Shown here: piece by piece, positions 58,601-64,000 of the stretch
How positions within the stretch are numbered: position 1 is the stretch's first letter
How the letters are laid out: every line of letters begins with the position of its first letter
Assembly (NCBI RefSeq): GCF_009914755.1
Contig: NC_060939.1
Reading direction: 5' to 3' (one strand)
From: the human T2T-CHM13v2.0 reference genome, Homo sapiens
DNA length: 64,000 nt
Notes under the pieces: generated by a model
What the model saw: the letters and a program-made list of their open reading frames with translations, nothing else
The model's database searches: none
What the model was told of the DNA's origin: nothing
Made by a program: the position numbers and the translations under genes

Positions 58601-61600
58601 CAAATAACCAACTTTTTGTTTTGTTGATCCTTTGTGTGTTTTTTGGGGTCACAATTCCATTTAATCTTTGTTGTTTCTTTGCTTTTGCTAACTTTGCATT
58701 TGGTTAGTTTTTGTTTTTCTAGTTCCTTTAGGTGCAGCATTAGGTTGTTAATTTGAGAACTTTCTATCTTTTTGGTGTAGGCATTTAGCGCTATAAAATT
58801 TCCTCTTAACACTGTTTCGTTGTATCTCCATTGGTTTTGGTATGTTGTGTGTCTATTTTTGTTTGTTTCAAAATTTTAAAAACTTCTGCCTTAATTTAGT
58901 TGCTTATTCAAAAGCCATTCAGGAGCAAGTTGTTTAGTTTCCATATATTTGTGTGGTTTTGAGAGTTCCTCTTGGTATTAATTTTTAAATTTTGTTTTGT
59001 GGTCCGATAATATGCTTGATATGATTTTGATTTTAGAACTTACTGAGATTTGCCTTATGACCATTTTAGAGGTTGTTTCATGCACAGATGATAAAATGTA
59101 TATTCTTTGGTATTGAATTGAATGTTCTGTAGATGCCTATTAAGTCCATTTGGACAAGAGTCCAATTTAAGTCCTGAGTTACTTTATTAGCTTATGCTTT
59201 GATTATTTTTCTAGTGTTGTCAGTGGAGTGTTGAAACCCTTCACTATTATTGTATGGCTGTCTGCCTCTTTTCTTAGATACAGTAGTATTTGTTTGTGAA
59301 TCTTGGTACTCTGATATTGGGTTTGTATATACTTAGGATAGTTAAATTTTCTTGTTGAATTGAATCCTTTATCATTATATAATACTCTTTTATTTATTTT
59401 TACTGTTGTTTTAAAGTATGTTTCATCAGATACAAGAATAGCAATCCCTGCTTTTTTTTTCCTTCGCTTTCCATTTGCATGAGAGATCTTTCTTCATCTC
59501 TTTACTTTGAGTCTGTGGGTATCATTACACATAATATGGGACTCTTGAAGGCAACAGCAGGTTGAGTATTGTTTTTTAATCCAATTTTCCACTCTATGTC
59601 TTTTAAATAGAGCATTTAAGCTACTTACTTTCAAGGTTAATATTGATATGTGAGGTTTTGTTCCTCTCCTAGCATTGTTAGCTAGTTGCTTTGTACAACT
59701 GTGTAGCTGCTTTATGGGATCTGTGAACTTTGTACTTACCTGTCCTTTTACGGTAGCAAGTATCATCCTTTCATTTCCATGTTTAGAACTCCTTTGATCA
59801 TTTCTTATAGGGCTGGTCTGGTGGTTATGAATTCCCTTAGCATTTGCTTGCCTGGGAAAAGTTTTATTTCTTTTTCACTTATGGAGTTTAGTTTGTCAGG
59901 ATATAAAATGCATGAATGTCATTTATTTTCCTTTAAGAAGGCTAAAAGTAGGCCCCTAATTTCTTCTGGTTTAGAAGACCGCTGTTAGCCTAATGGGATT
60001 TCCTTTATAGGTAATTTTGCCCTTTACTCTATGCCTTCAAGTTGTTTTCACTAGCATTGACCTTGGATAGCCTGATGATCATATATCTTGGTGATGGTCA
60101 TCTTGTATAGTATCTCGCAGGTGTTCTCTGAATTTCTTGTATCTGGGTCTTGAGCTCTAGCAATATTAGGGCAATTTTCGTGAACTATTCTTTCAAATAT
60201 GTTTTCCAAGTTTTTCTTCTTCTCTATCATAATGCCGATTAGTCATAGATTTGTTTGCTTTACATAGCCCCATGTTTCTTATGTGCTTTGTTCATTAATT
60301 TTTTTTAAATTTTGTCTGACTGGGTTGCTTTGTGTTCATTTCAACTTTCTCTTGGATCTCATTGAGTTTCCTTGCAATCTATACTTTAAATTCTTTATCT
60401 GTCATTTTAGACTTTTGACTCTGGTTGGGATCCATTGCCAGAGAGCTAATGTAATCTTTTGGAGTTGTCAAAACACTGTCTTTTTGTACTGCTGGAGTTC
60501 TCCTCTTGATTTCTACTCATCTTAAGGAACCGTCGCTTCTTATTTTTGAGTTTTCTATCATTTTGATGGGACTGTTTTTAATTTTTTATCTTTTCCCTTG
60601 AGGGTATGACTATGGTATATGTTGTGTATAATCATCCGGTTTTGTTTCTGGGTGCTTTTGTGGGGGCCAAGGCTCTGAATGGGTTCCTTGGTTGTGGATA
60701 GGTTCTGTGTGATAGCTTTCTAAGATGCTGCTTGTTGTAGGGATATATTGGACATATGAGCCCATACACCATCTCCTGCTGTGCTCTGGGTGTGGAGGTC
60801 TCAGGGAGCACATCTTGTGTACTAGCAGTAAGACCCTCCGGAAGATTTTTAATTTGGTGGTGCAATTCAGGCTGCATTCCAGTAGGTGGCAATGAAGAGT
60901 AAGAGCCGGCTCATTCTCAGCTCAGGGGCAAGTGCCCACCCTGATGGGGAGAGACTGTGTTGGGGTGTTCTAGGTCCCTGGGGTAGGGAGTGGGAGTGAA
61001 GCCTTGTCCTGAGCAGTCAGGAACACGATTCCCTTCCCTATCATGGCCCTGTTGCAGGGCTCAAAACCTCCAGTTCATTTAGACTTTGTTCTTTGGCTCC
61101 CAGCTGCAATGTGGCTGTGGACCTTTGGATGTGGCTATGCCCCTCTGGCAGCGACCACCAAACTGGACTCAGGGCACAGCCTCTTCCCTCAGTCTGGAGC
61201 AGACAACTGTATGGCTTGTCTGGCCTCCGTTGTCAGGGTGCTGCTGCTCTGTGTAGGGAGAGGGAGTTGGGCCCCAACCTTCATGCAAGTCCAAGCAGCA
61301 CAGGCTCACTTTCTGCGCCAAGAAAAAGCACTTTCTCCAAGTGTACATGTGTCAGCCCCCAGTGGGGAGAACCTCTGCTGTATCCACAATAGTAGATGGG
61401 GTGGGGGTCGGGAAATAACGCCCTCTCTATCCCTCTTCCCAGCTGCTGGGTGCTGCCCCTTCCAGAGATTGGTGATGCGCCTTCATTTCCTTTGTCCCAA
61501 AAAGAGCTTTGATGGGCTGCACTCCCTCCTCCCTTGGGGCAGCCTACACCAAGGGTTAGATCTCTAGGGACCCCACAGCTCCCCAGGGACTTGATTGCTG

Positions 61601-62115
61601 TGCTTGTGAAAGTCTGAGGGTATTATAAGGTATGTTTGCTGGGGATCTGCTGGTGCATTGTCTTGGGGGCAGAGATTTCCCAGGCAGGACAGTGGCCAAT
61701 GATAGGTACGTAACCAGTATGGTACTCACCATCTCAGTTTGGGTCTGAGTGGGATGGGGGAACCTCTGCGCGAACTCGCTACCTGGTCCTCTGTCCTCAT
61801 GAAGTTTCCAAATCGCCACGGACAGTGTTGTCCAGAGCTGTGAGTGCAGGGGGTCTTCCCAACAGTTTGACAGGCAGCAGATTGCCACAGAGGTGAGGGG
61901 AGCAGAGAGGACTCCCACTACCCTTTCTTCGGGGCTCCACGTTGCTCTGGGGTCGGTCTCAGCCAGACTCTTGCTACTTTCCTTTTCTGCACCCCAGCTG
62001 TCCTGGCTCTCTTCCCTCAGTTTTCTCTTGAGAGCCCGTCCATTCACAGTAACTGTGATCCACGTCCCCTTTTTTCTTCAGTTCTGTACTCTTTCTACTC
62101 TCTTTCTATTGGTCA
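55665..62115 (-). mobile_element. Near full-length old primate L1 (L1PA15/16-like) with GC-richer 5' UTR (~60600-62115), degenerate
   Basis: 3' UTR from ~55670; ORF2 pieces ([43 protein letters not shown]...DTHRLKVK); ORF1 remnant ~59760-60560; no clear TSD, so ends are approximate. Confidence 0.85.
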
Positions 62116-63439
62116 GTTGGATTTAAGTTCCTCGTGTGTAACGGAGTGGGTGGGTTGGATTCTAGCAAAGTTCATTTTTTGCAGTTGTGTTTTGTGAGTA
62201 TATGAGTTGTCTTTATAACTCAGAAATAATGGTCGTGAAGACATATCTACCTTCTTTCCTTCTTAAATAAATTTCACTTATTTCTGGCTTTATAAATTCC
62301 CAGCCTTGTGTTTGAATTATTTTCCACGTAATTTTCAAAAGTCAGGGGTCCTGGGTCTGAATGTGTCACCTTTATGGCCATTGCCATTTTTTGGTATGTA
62401 TCCTTTAATGGGTCATTTCACTTCTTTGAGCTTTAGTTTTCTCGTTAGTAGATGAGAGCTATTAATATCTACTTTAGATGTATATTATAAATATTCAATA
62501 AGAAAGTATACATAAAAACATGCAGAATATTCAGGTCATATGCTAAGGGATCCACAAATATTACTGCTAGTTGAGTGACTTGAAAAAAATTATCTTCTCT
62601 GTCAGAAGAAATACTCTCTTCTCATATAGATGAGATCCTAATGCCATTTGGTCACTCTTTTTTGTCACTATGAATCAGGGCCCCTCAGCCTCAAGATCAC
62701 AATTGCAAGAATTAAGAAAAATGATCTTTATTTTGCATTCAAAAGTAGTGGTGTGTTTCAATAATAGTGTATTATGATTATTTATAAGTAGTTTTGATAT
62801 GTGGCAGGTACATCCTTATTTTAGATAATGTATAAAAATTTATTTTTATAGAATAAATGGTTCAATTTGTCCAAATTATTATGATAAGAAGACTTCTGAA
62901 TGTTAATTATGACTTCTGCTAACAGTATTGGTAGAAGAGTAATTTGGAATAACCCTCCTTATGGAGGGAGATTAGAAAATCTAGGTAAATAATTTACAGA
63001 TATCAGAGAACTAAGAAGCTAGTAGAGAGTTATAGGGCTAAGATCCTAGAGGAGACAAAAATATACAAAGATATGCTCAAAATTTAGGGCTACTTTCTCC
63101 TGGTACATTTACCGATTCTAGAAGTGTCAGCCGGAAGTTTAGTTGCACTTTTGACAGGCCCTTAAAGCAAAAGATACAAAACATTAGAGTCCAGAGTCTT
63201 ACAAAGAAGGATCCCAAGTAATCCCTATACTCAACCTTTTAGTTTGGGGTTCCTCAGAATTTGCTCCAGGCCAGACTTCTAAGAAGCTATAGCTTTCAGT
63301 CATCTCAGTCATTGAATTTGCATAAAGGAGACTCTGTATTGTCAGTGCCCAGAAGCCTAGTAGAAACAAATAAATATCTTCTCTTGAAGAAGATACACCA
63401 ACCTTTGCCTCGAAGTATTTATACTTTTTTCCAATAAAA

Positions 63440-63547
63440 TTTTATTTATTTATTTATTATTTATAGAGATAGGGTCTCCTTTGTCACCCAGGCTGTTCTC
63501 AAATCCCTGCCCTCAAGTGATCCTCTTGCCTTGGCCTCCCAAAGTGC
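63440..63547 (-). mobile_element. Alu monomer fragment (FLAM/AluJ-like)
   Basis: (TTTA)n tail then tagagatagggtctc...cctcaagtgatcctcttgccttggcctcccaaagtgc. Confidence 0.8.
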
Positions 63548-63769
63548 CTTTTAAAAAATCTTACCACACAATAAAAGAAAACTAGGCACAAGACAAGGGT
63601 CGGGGTGCTGGCTGATGCTTCATGACATTTGTGGGGGTGTGATCAATTTTAAGCTCTGTATTTTATTTTGTGCAATGCACTTTTCTGTCTGCGTATTTAA
63701 AAATGTTTAAAAAAACAAACAATTATGAAACGATTGTTGGAGCACCCTGGAGACATGTTTGGCCCCTCC

Positions 63770-64000
63770 TTTTATTTTAGTTGACATGTAATATACATAT
63801 TTATGTGATACAGAGTGATATTTCAATACATGTGTACATGTGGAATGATCAAATTTGGATCATCTGGGTATTTATCACCTCAAACATAGCATGTCTTTGT
63901 GTTGTAAACACTCACAATCCTCTCTTTTAGCTTTTTGAGGATATACAATAAGTTAGTTAACCATATTCACCTTATAGTGCTGCAGAACATCAGACACATT
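63770..64000 (-). mobile_element. L1MA-like 3' end, runs off the window
   Basis: tacatatttatgtgatacagagtgatatttcaatacatg...aatgatcaaatt...ttaaccatattcacc. Confidence 0.8.

Overview
Primate (human/great-ape-like) non-coding genomic DNA, AT-rich and dominated by interspersed repeats (Alu, L1, L2, MIR, MaLR/ERVL LTRs, MER and MADE1 DNA transposons). No intact protein-coding gene, RNA gene or CRISPR array is supported. The centrepiece is a full-length, intronless, disabled retrocopy of the ciliary gene IFT80 on the minus strand (about 24471-28865), bounded by a 17-bp target-site duplication. It is inserted into an old L1M and later interrupted by an AluS. It carries L1 fragments in its 3' UTR, an extra ~90-nt block at what is probably an exon junction, and an X-box-like palindrome at its 5' end. 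Two young (L1PA2/L1HS-like) 5'-truncated L1s each carry a 3' transduction with two poly(A) tails. Other elements: a 5.1-kb L1PA4-like copy (+), a 2-kb L1PA7-like copy (-), a ~6.4-kb old L1PA15/16-like copy (-), an AluY with a 5x17-bp internal tandem repeat sitting inside a MADE1, and a tail-less, doubly truncated AluY. I found no new multi-gene system; the notable signals are retrotransposition fossils. All subfamily and parent-gene comparisons are from memory, not from a search.
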